DNA of 64,000 nucleotides, taken from positions 1-64,000 of the IMG/VR virus record IMGVR_UViG_3300028832_002790, one strand, 5' to 3'. Below are positions 46,286-55,871 of the stretch, one piece after another. The notes beneath the pieces are model-generated. The model saw only the letters and a list, made by a program, of their open reading frames with translations. It had not been told where the DNA came from and did not search any database. The number at the start of each line of letters is the position of its first letter. Positions within the stretch are counted from its first letter, which is position 1. Source of the DNA: a virus (Duplodnaviria > Caudoviricetes). Position numbers and translations under genes: made by a program.

Positions 46286-47209
46286 TACGTTCGCCCAGCT
46301 CGTGCATATCTTCTTATATGCGTGACAAACGCACATCTTTGCTTCGGTGGCGTTGTCGAGCGCACCTTGTGTCCATCCGTTGTATCCGCACTTGACATTC
46401 TTCAGGCCCTTGCTTGTCTGGCCGACCTTCAACCAGTCGATCTTTCCGCTGTACCAGTTTCCATTGGCCTTGAGCCCGAGACAGACCAGCGTATACTTTG
46501 ATCCTCCCCACCCGTTTATCGTGCTTTCGCCGCTGGCGTATTTCCACTTCAGCAAAGATTTTCCAGATATGCTTGCTCCGGTTATCTTCGCGTCGACCGC
46601 GCCTATTTTTCCTCCTCCCCATCCTCCGCACGACCATTCGCCGGACTTTGCTGGCATTCCGGTCGCCGGTACGCAATCTCCCTGATCCCCTCCAAGTACG
46701 CCCTCTGGCCATTCGGCGTCCTGATAGACGGTATCGATGGTAAAGTCGGCCAAAAACGACGTATCTCCGTTTACGGCAACGAGCTTGGTGTCCTTATCGC
46801 ACCACATGTATCCCGGCGTGTTTGGCTCCAACCCAATCTCGCAGCACTTGTCCCAAGGATACTCGTCATTGTCGCCGTCGTTGCCCTTTCCCTTTACGTT
46901 GCTAAGAAGCGGATTCGACGACTCTTCCTGCCCGACATCATCCTCGAAGTACGGCCAAGTCGGGTTGATATGTCCGCAGAACCACTCTGGAATCTCGGGT
47001 CGCTTCATATTTCCTTTCGATCCAAGATTGAGCTCGGCGACAGCCTTAAAATATGTTACGCTGAACGGAATAAGACGAGCTCTCGGATTGTGCTCCTTCA
47101 TCCATGCTATCTTCTCAAGGGTCGTCATGGTACCGGAAAGCTTAGTCTCGGTCGGTGTAGCCGATCTAACTACGAAATTTCCTCTTCTGGTGTCGAGCGA
47201 ATATCTCAT
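46277..47209 (-). CDS. Hypothetical baseplate-associated protein with Trp/Gly-rich C-terminal domain
   Basis: Directly downstream of the spike gene; ...GKIDWLKVGQTSKGLKNVKCGYNGW. Confidence 0.55.
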   Translation of the reverse strand: MRYSLDTRRGNFVVRSATPTETKLSGTMTTLEKIAWMKEHNPRARLIPFSVTYFKAVAELNLGSKGNMKRPEIPEWFCGHINPTWPYFEDDVGQEESSNPLLSNVKGKGNDGDNDEYPWDKCCEIGLEPNTPGYMWCDKDTKLVAVNGDTSFLADFTIDTVYQDAEWPEGVLGGDQGDCVPATGMPAKSGEWSCGGWGGGKIGAVDAKITGASISGKSLLKWKYASGESTINGWGGSKYTLVCLGLKANGNWYSGKIDWLKVGQTSKGLKNVKCGYNGWTQGALDNATEAKMCVCHAYKKICTSWANVSI

Positions 47210-47211
47210 TT

Positions 47212-50200
47212 TCAGTCGTCGCCCTCCTTACATCCCATTCCCTGAGAATACTTGCCGCACCAGCCGAGCAATACCGCCTGACATTCCTTGTCTCCGGCAC
47301 GCAAATATTCGTTGTCACCAACCATATCGCCTTCTATCGTATCTTCGTAGAATCCCATAGCGGTAGCAGTCGGCGATGTTCCGGCGGCAGGTTTGAACCC
47401 TCCGCTAAAATCGTCGTCGTCTCCGTCGCCGGTAAGCTTGAATGTAAGAACGCACATAATATACCCGAACTTGTTCTTGTTTGACATAGCTATGGCGTGA
47501 TCTGTTGTATTGAGGGTTTTATTGAAATAATCGCGGATGCTATAACCGACGAGCATGCCTGTATCCCCGTCAGAATATCCATAAACTGGGCCAACAAACA
47601 TCTTGTCGCCAGTATTATTGTGTCCATCCAACCCCTTTCCTCTCAAATTTCCTTCAAGGCTCGGCAAATTCTGACATACCGTTTCAAACATAAACGGCCA
47701 GAAGATAGCTCCGTATTTTTCATACATGGCATCCACTTTCGGATCGCGCTTGAACGCTCCGACATGGTGTCTACGACGGGCCGCCACAATTATCGTTCTG
47801 CTGTTGATATTGTTATTTTCCGTCAATAGAGCAGCTCTTACTCCGTTAGGACAATCTTTGAAGGACGCCGGAATCTGCAAAAATGCATGATTATGGGAAG
47901 GCATTCTCAATGTCGCGTCCATCGGTGCTTGAAGCGCGGCTATAAGTCCGTTTATCGCTCCGCCGATCGCACTAAACGCCTGCGAGTACTGATTCGATGT
48001 CTTTCTCTTGTCTCTTCCGATTAAATATCCTGCTATCGCCCCCCCTATAGTACCAGTGCCGCCCGCGAATGATCCAAGTACGCCACCTACCACAGTATGC
48101 TTCCATCGACTCCATTTGCTCTTCTTCTTTTTCGTCGCCGCCTCGGTTCCTGCGGTTACATCAGGCCCCAGTTCGCCAATACCTTCGGCGGCCAAATCAA
48201 GCTGAATGACTACCTTTACTTCGCACGCTTCGTTTTCGCCGCCAGTATACATTTCCGTCTGCGTTACTGCGATTTCTCCCGGAGCCGTAACGTGTTGAAC
48301 GGCCAATTCTCCCTCCACAAGAAGTCCGCCACGGATGATTTGGTTTCTCATCACATGCAACTGGCCGTCAACGGTAAGAGCGTTGTGCTCAACCGGGTTT
48401 ATCGTCATCTTTCTGGCGCGAAGCATCAATCTCTCGCCGCCGTCGATGACCATATCGTGCTTTGCGGACATTATGAGCTCCTGCGTAGCTATGTTCGTGA
48501 TTCCACCGGCGAGCTCCATTCTTCCGGTTGTATGTATTATTATTCCGTTGGAACCTACGCTGACGGTCCATTTATTTCCGATGGTTAAATTATAATCCCC
48601 TCCGGGAATCTGCGGTACATCCACAGGCTCGACGTGCGGCGTAGGAAGATAATACGGAACTGTCGATTGTTGCGTTACGAACAATCCATCTACACGAAGC
48701 TTTCCTATTGGGTCTACCCTGTACGAAGGAAGGTCGTTGAACATCGCGCCGATTACCTCGACCTTGGACATCGATACCTTTTTGACTTCCTCCCCCTGTT
48801 CTCCCAAATTTGTAAAAACGTCCCTAGCCTTATCTATAATATCGGTATACGCACTCTGTATCTGCGACCCGCTCCTTTTGTCCTCCTCCTGCCATGTTCC
48901 GTTTTCCGTAGACGGACTGAATGTTATTTGTGCGTTCGGTTTTTCCGTCCACATTGAAGTGCTGGTGTTTTCGCGCCAAAACACATTGTTGCACGTCGGG
49001 CACATTATTCCGCCGAAAAATCCCAATTTTCCGCAAGATGCGTGATCTTTATGATTGCTCTTAAAATACGCCTCGACGTCCTCAAACAACGAAACGCAGT
49101 GCGACGTGGCCTTCGGTATTCTCGACCACCCATACTCCACTCTCGACACGCTGTCGTCGTCGGTATCAAGCTGTTCGTGGTACTCGGCGTCGTCGTCATC
49201 AGCTTTTGCCGTAAACTCCGCCTTCTTGTCGGTCGCCGGATTTGCCAATTCATTCACCTGCTTGTCCGCGTCTTCGTTAAACGTTCCGGGAATATTAAGA
49301 CCGTTGATGTGATATGGATCATACGCCACGCCACCGCAGGTTGGACAAATGATGAATCCGTTTCCGATCGGAACCATCTTCTGCTTGGTCGAACAGTCCT
49401 TCGGTGTCATATCGTACAGGGTTCTCTTCACCGGAAACAGCTGCAAAGTCTGCCCCAAGTCCTTCAACGGTTTCCTAAGATTCTCAAGCTCCTTGTGCAA
49501 ATCGTAGAACCGCCCTATCTGCTCCGAAGAATTGCCGTCCACTCGTATGTTGCTGTCCGCTCCGATGTACAGCCCCTTGCTCCCGCCGACCGTCTCGAAT
49601 TCGTCGCCCTTCACCAGCTTCTGGTCGTTCTTCGGTGCGAACTCGATGTTCGTCGCGTTGTTGAACTCCTTGAAACCTCCGGCGTAATGCTGTAGCTTCA
49701 AAGACTCGCGGTTGTCCGTGTCGATGAACTCTATCGTATGCTTATTGCTGTTGATGACGGTCTTGCTGGTGAACACCTTGCTGTTGTCATCATCCACATT
49801 GTCGTTCTCGAACTTCCCCGGATAATCGTATGTCTTGACGATTTCGCCGATCTTGTTCACCTCGTTCAACCCGGTGTACAGCTGCTTGATCGAATCGGAA
49901 TTGTAGCTCGCCGCAAAATAAACGGGGAACATGGGGTCATTGTTCTGATAGAAAACATACACCTTGGCTCCGACGTTCGGTATAGAAAAGATTCCGCGAA
50001 CCATTCCGCTGTAATTGCACGGCTCGTAATCGGATGCGTTCGGGTTGGTAAGCTTCGAGCCGGGATCCGTCTGTATGAACTTGTCGTTGACCCTATCCTC
50101 GACATAGGCGTTCAATGGCCTGTATGCGTTCTGCGCTTCGGCCTCTCCGAATGTGGCGGTATCGTTTCTCGCCGTTTTCTCAAGAACCCTGCGGAACCGG

Positions 50201-50484
50201 CCGTCGGCATTTCCGCCGAATATGGGCCCGGCGAAGTTCGCCCACGGAAGAAGTTCCTTGAGATCGTCGAATATCTCCATCAGCTGCGGACTGATTTCCT
50301 TGTCGACAGCGTTGAAGAGAAATTCCCACTTGTCCTTTCCTTCCGGGTTCCCATCGTCGATCCACTTATTGAGCTTGTCTATGTTCGGAGAATGCTCCGG
50401 TACGAACACCTTCACTCTTCCCCAGAAATTGGGATCGTTGTTCTGTACAACGATTCCAAGGTGAAATCCACTATAATCCATCAT
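47212..50484 (-). CDS. Baseplate hub/central spike protein (T4 gp5/VgrG OB-fold type)
   Basis: GIVVQNNDPNFWGRVKVFVP, LPWA, FSIPNVGAKVYVFYQNNDPMFPVYF; beta-helix region; late HxH (SHNH). Confidence 0.85.
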   Translation of the reverse strand: MMDYSGFHLGIVVQNNDPNFWGRVKVFVPEHSPNIDKLNKWIDDGNPEGKDKWEFLFNAVDKEISPQLMEIFDDLKELLPWANFAGPIFGGNADGRFRRVLEKTARNDTATFGEAEAQNAYRPLNAYVEDRVNDKFIQTDPGSKLTNPNASDYEPCNYSGMVRGIFSIPNVGAKVYVFYQNNDPMFPVYFAASYNSDSIKQLYTGLNEVNKIGEIVKTYDYPGKFENDNVDDDNSKVFTSKTVINSNKHTIEFIDTDNRESLKLQHYAGGFKEFNNATNIEFAPKNDQKLVKGDEFETVGGSKGLYIGADSNIRVDGNSSEQIGRFYDLHKELENLRKPLKDLGQTLQLFPVKRTLYDMTPKDCSTKQKMVPIGNGFIICPTCGGVAYDPYHINGLNIPGTFNEDADKQVNELANPATDKKAEFTAKADDDDAEYHEQLDTDDDSVSRVEYGWSRIPKATSHCVSLFEDVEAYFKSNHKDHASCGKLGFFGGIMCPTCNNVFWRENTSTSMWTEKPNAQITFSPSTENGTWQEEDKRSGSQIQSAYTDIIDKARDVFTNLGEQGEEVKKVSMSKVEVIGAMFNDLPSYRVDPIGKLRVDGLFVTQQSTVPYYLPTPHVEPVDVPQIPGGDYNLTIGNKWTVSVGSNGIIIHTTGRMELAGGITNIATQELIMSAKHDMVIDGGERLMLRARKMTINPVEHNALTVDGQLHVMRNQIIRGGLLVEGELAVQHVTAPGEIAVTQTEMYTGGENEACEVKVVIQLDLAAEGIGELGPDVTAGTEAATKKKKSKWSRWKHTVVGGVLGSFAGGTGTIGGAIAGYLIGRDKRKTSNQYSQAFSAIGGAINGLIAALQAPMDATLRMPSHNHAFLQIPASFKDCPNGVRAALLTENNNINSRTIIVAARRRHHVGAFKRDPKVDAMYEKYGAIFWPFMFETVCQNLPSLEGNLRGKGLDGHNNTGDKMFVGPVYGYSDGDTGMLVGYSIRDYFNKTLNTTDHAIAMSNKNKFGYIMCVLTFKLTGDGDDDDFSGGFKPAAGTSPTATAMGFYEDTIEGDMVGDNEYLRAGDKECQAVLLGWCGKYSQGMGCKEGDD

Positions 50485-51047
50485 GTCCAATCCTCCTCGC
50501 ACTTGAGCGGCTCTACGCACACGAACCCGTCAAATTTCTTGCCAGAATACTTCTTATCCGGGTAGGCGTTCGGATAGAACATCCCCAATGTCTCGACGGC
50601 TGGCGAACTATTCGTCTGTTCGTCGTGTATCTCGTCGACGTCTGCCCCGTGATATGCGTCTCCATAGGTGCTCAACAGCTTCCTTTCGATAGCCTGCCCT
50701 ATCGGATTTGTTATTCCGCGAATTTCCTTCCGAATGAGGGCGTCCGCCGCTAAATGCCTTCCCGGCGATACTCCATGGGCTTCGCTGGTGTTGTCGTACT
50801 GGTAGGTGTCCGACCCCTTCGCGGGTTTCGTGGTTCTTACCATTCTGGCTATCGAATCGAGAAATATCTCCCTGCATTTCGAAAACCCAAACTCCGTGAT
50901 GTCCTTCACGGCTGGATCTATGACGTTCTTCGACACGGCGGCACGAAGCGCCCTGAGCTGCCCGTCCTTCTGTGCGTCGATGGTCATGTTGTTCGCCGTG
51001 CCATCGTTGTCCATGAACAATGAATTGCAATAATTGGAAATCGGCAT
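50481..51047 (-). CDS. Hypothetical protein (baseplate operon)
   Basis: ATGA coupling to the spike gene. Confidence 0.6.
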   Translation of the reverse strand: MPISNYCNSLFMDNDGTANNMTIDAQKDGQLRALRAAVSKNVIDPAVKDITEFGFSKCREIFLDSIARMVRTTKPAKGSDTYQYDNTSEAHGVSPGRHLAADALIRKEIRGITNPIGQAIERKLLSTYGDAYHGADVDEIHDEQTNSSPAVETLGMFYPNAYPDKKYSGKKFDGFVCVEPLKCEEDWT

Positions 51048-52021
51048 TACTTTATCAACCCCTTCTTCTTCAGTGCATCATCGGTGTCGCTTATCCTAGA
51101 CAGGGTATAAAACCACAGCTCCTCCGGCATGGCCGATTTGCAGTGATCCATCATAGCCTTGTGCTGCTCCGATGAATATCCCTCTTTGTTGCCGTTCGTC
51201 CTAAGATTGATAGACGACAGCCAATAGTCCACAAGAATATCCACATACGACTTCCATATGGTAAGAGCGTTCGTGAACCACGCCTTCGGGCAGTCGTCCA
51301 CCGCGCCATACGGCCACTTGTTGTACATGTCGACGGTTGCGTTCACGTGCCTTACGAAGCTGTCGCTGAATGTGTCTGGATATGGCTTCACCACAAGATA
51401 ATAGGTTCCGTCCTCCTTCACCTTCGGCAACGAAAGAACCGCTCTGTACTTGGAATATCCGGGATGCTCGTTCTTGGCTACCTCCAGCTCCTCCTTGTAA
51501 TCCTTCTGCATCTCGTCCTCTATCCTGTCGCAATCGCACTTATAGAATAACTTCTCCATTATTCCCATGAACTTCATCCATATCTCAATCGCCTTCTGAA
51601 ACACGGACGCTATAAGGTCGGATATGGACTGGATGAACTCTATGATCGCATTTATTATAACGCTTTTCTTACAACACGTCTTTCCCGCACTAGACCAGCT
51701 CAAAATGTAACAACCGACGATTACTATCTCGTCCGCTATCCGGGCCACCGTCCCGACCGTGGCATAGAACAGGTCCATAAGGGCGCTGATGGACGCATAT
51801 ATGACATCCATAGCCAATTTTAATAAAGCGTCGAAAAGCTTTACGAATATGGCCCAGAACCCATATGGGCAGGAATACTTCGTACACCATTCCTTCGTCT
51901 CCCGAAACAGCGCCTCGTCGTCCTTACAGTACTTCTTTCGCATCTCGTCTGCATATTCTGACAGACGCCATGCGTCCAAATCCACCTTCGGTGTTCCGTT
52001 GGCATAAGTTTCTCTGGCCAT
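51047..52021 (-). CDS. Hypothetical helical protein (baseplate operon)
   Basis: ATAAATA at 52027-52033, 5 nt from the ATG. Confidence 0.6.
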   Translation of the reverse strand: MARETYANGTPKVDLDAWRLSEYADEMRKKYCKDDEALFRETKEWCTKYSCPYGFWAIFVKLFDALLKLAMDVIYASISALMDLFYATVGTVARIADEIVIVGCYILSWSSAGKTCCKKSVIINAIIEFIQSISDLIASVFQKAIEIWMKFMGIMEKLFYKCDCDRIEDEMQKDYKEELEVAKNEHPGYSKYRAVLSLPKVKEDGTYYLVVKPYPDTFSDSFVRHVNATVDMYNKWPYGAVDDCPKAWFTNALTIWKSYVDILVDYWLSSINLRTNGNKEGYSSEQHKAMMDHCKSAMPEELWFYTLSRISDTDDALKKKGLIK

Positions 52022-52046
52022 ATCAATATTTATGGCCCGATAAACA

Positions 52047-52077
52047 AGAAAAAACCCCGCCGATTTGGCGAGGTTTT
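52047..52077 (-). terminator. Intrinsic terminator
   Basis: Imperfect GC stem with T-run on the minus strand. Confidence 0.65.
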
Positions 52078-52084
52078 ATGGATT

Positions 52085-52579
52085 TTACCACTCTAAGGCT
52101 TTATCCATCGTTTCTCCCATGCTTTCCTTGGTGGGATTTTCGATAGGGACGAATGTTCCCTCCTTCGGGCCGCAATCGTCACAATATGGGCAAATCCAGC
52201 CCCTTGACATCCTCGTGGCGGGCTTTCCGCACTCGCAACAGGTAACTTCTGACTGCCACTCGTGCTTCTGGATGATTTCGGAGATTCCGTCTTCGTCCGG
52301 CCAATAGTAGCACCGAATGGACCCGAACTTCTCCTTCAGCTGCTCGATCCTGAACTTATCGAGGGCTTCCTGCCCGCCGTGCTCCAAAAGATATTTCTTG
52401 ATCTCCCGGAACATATCGATGGCGATGTTCCGCCACCCCGGAGGAAGATTATCGATCTCCGTATACTCAAACTTGTCGTCTGGTACGGTCTTGCCATCCA
52501 CCCACCGATCGAGCCGAATGAACGGCAGCTCCTCAACCAGCTTTCTGTTTTCCTCTATTCTTTCTTGGCTTACTTCCAT
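52085..52579 (-). CDS. Conserved phage hypothetical protein with Zn ribbon
   Basis: QLKEKFGSIRCY...CCECGK...GWICPYCDDC. Confidence 0.7.
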   Translation of the reverse strand: MEVSQERIEENRKLVEELPFIRLDRWVDGKTVPDDKFEYTEIDNLPPGWRNIAIDMFREIKKYLLEHGGQEALDKFRIEQLKEKFGSIRCYYWPDEDGISEIIQKHEWQSEVTCCECGKPATRMSRGWICPYCDDCGPKEGTFVPIENPTKESMGETMDKALEW

Positions 52580-53216
52580 TCTTGGCCTTCTTTCCGCTTG
52601 ATTTTTCCTTCTTGGCGTCCTTCTTCTCGTCGGGCTTGTTCTCGGCCCCTTTCGCCGCCTGTTCTTCGGCCTTGTCCTTGGCCGTCTCTTTTTGAATGTG
52701 ATCCGCGATCATCTTGGACATTTCGTGGCCGATCTGTTCGCCTATGATCTCCGAGCGCGGCTTCACATTATGCTTCTTGAGCATTCCGTTGTATATCTCG
52801 TCGTCGTCCTTATCAAGAAGCTCGTGGTATCCGGCCGACTTCGCCTCATTGTAGACATTGGCAAAAATCCGCTCGAAAATGATGTCTTTCTCCTTGTCAG
52901 AAAGCTTCTTCTGTGAATCGGCAAACTCGCGCTGAACCTTGTCGATCCTCTTCTTGGCCTCCACGGCCTCTCCGTCGATTATCGGCTGGATCACTTCTCT
53001 GATGTATTTCAACTTGCGATCCAACATATCAATGGAATCCTCGATATTGTCCAGCCTCTTGCGTGTGGAAAGAATCTCGACAAGCGTATCGTTCTGCGCC
53101 TTCAAAAGATTCGGGTCAAGGTGCATGGACAATGCGTCCGCGAGGAGACAGCCGAGTTCCTCTTTCTGTGTATCGGTAAAACCGACATCTTTCTTTTTTC
53201 TGCTGAATATGCTCAT
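52533..53216 (-). CDS. Hypothetical coiled-coil protein
   Basis: 227-aa ORF. Confidence 0.6.
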   Translation of the reverse strand: MSIFSRKKKDVGFTDTQKEELGCLLADALSMHLDPNLLKAQNDTLVEILSTRKRLDNIEDSIDMLDRKLKYIREVIQPIIDGEAVEAKKRIDKVQREFADSQKKLSDKEKDIIFERIFANVYNEAKSAGYHELLDKDDDEIYNGMLKKHNVKPRSEIIGEQIGHEMSKMIADHIQKETAKDKAEEQAAKGAENKPDEKKDAKKEKSSGKKAKNGSKPRKNRGKQKAG

Positions 53217-53274
53217 ATTTTTTTTACTCCAATGACCGACATTCTACTGAATTTCGTCGCAAATGTCAACACAT

Positions 53275-54633
53275 TTATGACGGAATCTTGCCCATGAAAT
53301 CGTCCAGCTCCACAACAACGCTCTTCTGCACCGTTGTGTCCGGCAGCATCTCCTCGGTGATCTCGTCGTCGTCCGTCTCGCAGATCGTCATAGTCGGATA
53401 GTCTATCTTCATGTTGCACACGCCCCAGTTCTTCTCGAAACGGCTCTTCTGGATTCCGATGTGCATAATGCCATTCTTCTTGTCCTCCTCGGTGGCCCAC
53501 ATCGAAGCGACGAAATCCGCCGTGTAGGCGCTTCCGATGGATTCGCTGACGTCGGTAAGGGTGGCGTTCTCCTTCTTCATGCCCTCTCGGTTCAGCTGCG
53601 TGGCGGTAATGCACGGGCACTTCGTCTGATAAGTCAGAGCCCTGAGCTGTTCGGACAGGATCTTTCCGTCCTCGTATGTGTTGTTCACGTCGCGCCCCGG
53701 ATGAAGCAGATTCAAGTAGTCGACGACTAGGATATCCGGCTTGATGCCCGCTCTCTCCACCTGTTCGATCCACGAACTGATTCTGGACACCGTGGTGGCC
53801 TTGGTCGGAAACTCCTTCACGATCAGCGTGCCCGCGCCCTGCCCCTTCAGTATCTTCGCGTTGTTCTCGATTTCCACCACATGCTGCTTCAGCGTATTTA
53901 CATCAAGCCCGTTGATCTTCGCCGCAATTCTGGAAATATACATAACCTCGGACATTTCCATCGTTGGAAGCAGGACGTTCTTCCCGGCCAAGAACGCATT
54001 GGCCGCGATGTTTCCAAGCATAATGGACTTTCCGACGTTCGTTCCGGCTTGGAAGATATATAGGGCCTTTCCTTCCGCCTGCCATCCGCCGTTCAGCATT
54101 CTGTCCAGCCACTTGTACCCGGTCGGAATGGTGATCTGCGGCTTCGTGATCTCCTTTGTGAACTCGTGCATCATATCGATGTAGTTCCACCCGATATCGT
54201 CGATGATGGAAAGATTGCATGCCTTTGTGAAGATATCCAGAATCTGAGATTCCGTCAACTTCTTGACCTTCGGATTGGTGGACGAAAGATTTTCCGTAAC
54301 CCGAACGAGCCCGTTGTAAACCCCTCTCTCGCGGAAGAACTTCTCCGTGTTGGCCATCAGTTCGTCAGGATTGTATCCGCCGTCCATATTCTCGACAACG
54401 GAGAACACGGAATCGACTGACTTCAGCTCGTTCTCGTCGCACATTACCTCCACCTCCGTCTTGTTCGGGATGGAAAGGTGCTTCTTGAAGAACTCAAGAA
54501 TCTTGGTCATAAAAATTTTGATGTCCTTGTTATGGAAAAATTCTGGATCACAGCTGTCTACGATCTTTCCAAGATATGCGCGGTCGCCCGACATCTGAGC
54601 GACCACCCATTCAAACTTATCTGTGTTCATCAC
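53275..54633 (-). CDS. Replicative DnaB-like helicase (T4 gp41-like)
   Basis: Walker A AGTNVGKS, TMEMSE, LIVKEFPT, VVDYLNL, TATQLNR, SESIG. Confidence 0.93.
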   Translation of the reverse strand: MMNTDKFEWVVAQMSGDRAYLGKIVDSCDPEFFHNKDIKIFMTKILEFFKKHLSIPNKTEVEVMCDENELKSVDSVFSVVENMDGGYNPDELMANTEKFFRERGVYNGLVRVTENLSSTNPKVKKLTESQILDIFTKACNLSIIDDIGWNYIDMMHEFTKEITKPQITIPTGYKWLDRMLNGGWQAEGKALYIFQAGTNVGKSIMLGNIAANAFLAGKNVLLPTMEMSEVMYISRIAAKINGLDVNTLKQHVVEIENNAKILKGQGAGTLIVKEFPTKATTVSRISSWIEQVERAGIKPDILVVDYLNLLHPGRDVNNTYEDGKILSEQLRALTYQTKCPCITATQLNREGMKKENATLTDVSESIGSAYTADFVASMWATEEDKKNGIMHIGIQKSRFEKNWGVCNMKIDYPTMTICETDDDEITEEMLPDTTVQKSVVVELDDFMGKIPS

Positions 54634-54821
54634 TTCGAATCTTTGACTTCGGAGTCCTTATTCTTACCACAAATCTCCGTGTGGGTCAAGCCCGTGGTAA
54701 CATAATCCTTTTCTTTCCGCAGAGCTTTATCTACAACAGAAGCACATTTCTGCGTATATCCGCGCCACATCTTCGCAAATTCCGCGTTCTTCGGATCGTT
54801 CAAATCGATTATCTCCGCCAT
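54630..54821 (-). CDS. Hypothetical protein
   Basis: AGGAG RBS; promoter at 54843-54871. Confidence 0.6.
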   Translation of the reverse strand: MAEIIDLNDPKNAEFAKMWRGYTQKCASVVDKALRKEKDYVTTGLTHTEICGKNKDSEVKDSK

Positions 54822-54842
54822 TGTCGTTCTCCTTATGATCGG

Positions 54843-54880
54843 AGTATACAAAAATCCCCGCCTGTTGTCAAGCGGGGATT
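54843..54880 (-). promoter_or_regulatory. Sigma70-like promoter overlapping a terminator hairpin
   Basis: TTGACA-17-TATACT; the -35 box lies in the loop of AATCCCCGC/GCGGGGATT followed by TTT. Confidence 0.75.
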
Positions 54881-54915
54881 CAACATATAAAATTAACCAA
54901 TATCAATTCAATAGA

Positions 54916-55272
54916 TTATATGCCGCCCCAATTATCAGCGAACATTTTTTCTATGTGCTCGTCGTTGGCCTTTATTTCATCCTCTGACCAATTATATTCT
55001 ATCATATTACACTTTCTGATTATCTGACTAATCATCCTATAGCACTCTTTAATGTCTTTACAAATTTCAATGACGGCCGAATTGTTGTTTTTTACCTCTT
55101 CGGCTAAAAGTTGCTTATAGATATACATCATACGCATTTGACATTCACCAAGACGATTTGCTGTCCCTTCTAGCCCTTCATCATTATATTCTTTCAAAAC
55201 CTGCATCGCCGCGTCTTCAAGCGACTCTGCAACAACCTGTTTATCTTCTGTATTCTGTTCTGTTTTGTCCAT
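54916..55272 (-). CDS. Hypothetical protein with capsid-targeting-like N-terminal motif
   Basis: ESLEDAAMQVLKE; TAAATA upstream. Confidence 0.6.
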   Translation of the reverse strand: MDKTEQNTEDKQVVAESLEDAAMQVLKEYNDEGLEGTANRLGECQMRMMYIYKQLLAEEVKNNNSAVIEICKDIKECYRMISQIIRKCNMIEYNWSEDEIKANDEHIEKMFADNWGGI

Positions 55273-55305
55273 AGTGAAATTCCTATTCAAATATATTTAG
55301 TGTAG

Positions 55306-55332
55306 AAAAAAACGACCTATTTCTAGGTCGTT
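55306..55332 (-). terminator. Intrinsic terminator of the Gly-Lys-Leu tRNA unit
   Basis: AACGACCTA-GAAA-TAGGTCGTT plus T-run. Confidence 0.8.
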
Positions 55333-55562
55333 ATCAACTTGAATATAGCAGCTACCGTACATCCAACCAATGCACCTACTATCAAACATGCCAAAATATG
55401 GAAAATTGCATAGAAAAACCTAGGCTTTTGCTCATACTTGGCCATCCTGTCGATGTTCGCCATAACCTCTCGGTCGATCCGCTCGTAATTTTCCTCTGAT
55501 ATACGGTCAAATTCCTCCTCCATGTGGGATTTTTGACCGATCTTTCTATTATTGTTACACAT
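55323..55562 (-). CDS. Small protein with C-terminal transmembrane helix
   Basis: AGGAGAG RBS; FFYAIFHILACLIVGALVGCTVAAIF. Confidence 0.6.
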   Translation of the reverse strand: MCNNNRKIGQKSHMEEEFDRISEENYERIDREVMANIDRMAKYEQKPRFFYAIFHILACLIVGALVGCTVAAIFKLITT

Positions 55563-55579
55563 AATTTCTCTCCTTAAAT

Positions 55580-55663
55580 TGGTGCCAACAGGGGGACTTG
55601 AACCCTCACGAGTTTCCTCGGCGGATTTTGAGTCCGCTGCGTCTGCCATTCCGCCATGCTGGC
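55580..55663 (-). tRNA. tRNA-Leu(CAA)
   Basis: Class II cloverleaf, GCGGA-CT-CAA-AA-TCCGC, GGTTCAAGTCC, encoded CCA. Confidence 0.95.
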
Positions 55664-55666
55664 TTT

Positions 55667-55742
55667 TGGTGCGCCCGGCGGGAATCGGACCCGCGACCCA
55701 CGGATTAAAAGTCCGTTGCTCTACCAGCTGAGCTACGGGCGC
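55667..55742 (-). tRNA. tRNA-Lys(TTT)
   Basis: ACGGA-CT-TTT-AA-TCCGT; T-loop TCCGATT; CCA. Confidence 0.92.
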
Positions 55743-55748
55743 AAAAAA

Positions 55749-55824
55749 TGGAGCGCGATATCGGCCACGATCCGACAACATCTACCTTGGAGGGGTAGCG
55801 CTCTGCCAATTGAGCTAATCGCGC
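55749..55824 (-). tRNA. tRNA-Gly(TCC), non-canonical
   Basis: CTACC-CC-TCC-AA-GGTAG; U73; T-loop ATCGTGG; CCA. Confidence 0.85.
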
Positions 55825-55836
55825 ATAACAAGATAG

Positions 55837-55865
55837 ACTATACCCTATTTGCCACAAAATGTCAA
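55837..55865 (-). promoter_or_regulatory. Sigma70-like promoter for tRNA-Gly/Lys/Leu
   Basis: TTGACA-17-TATAGT. Confidence 0.8.
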
Positions 55866-55871
55866 CAGGAA

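Noticed and set aside
55562-55781. Extended N-terminus of ORF 55323..55781 (and 61212..61313 for the AAA gene)
   Set aside because: These stretches are tRNA genes; downstream ATGs outside the tRNAs are the plausible starts
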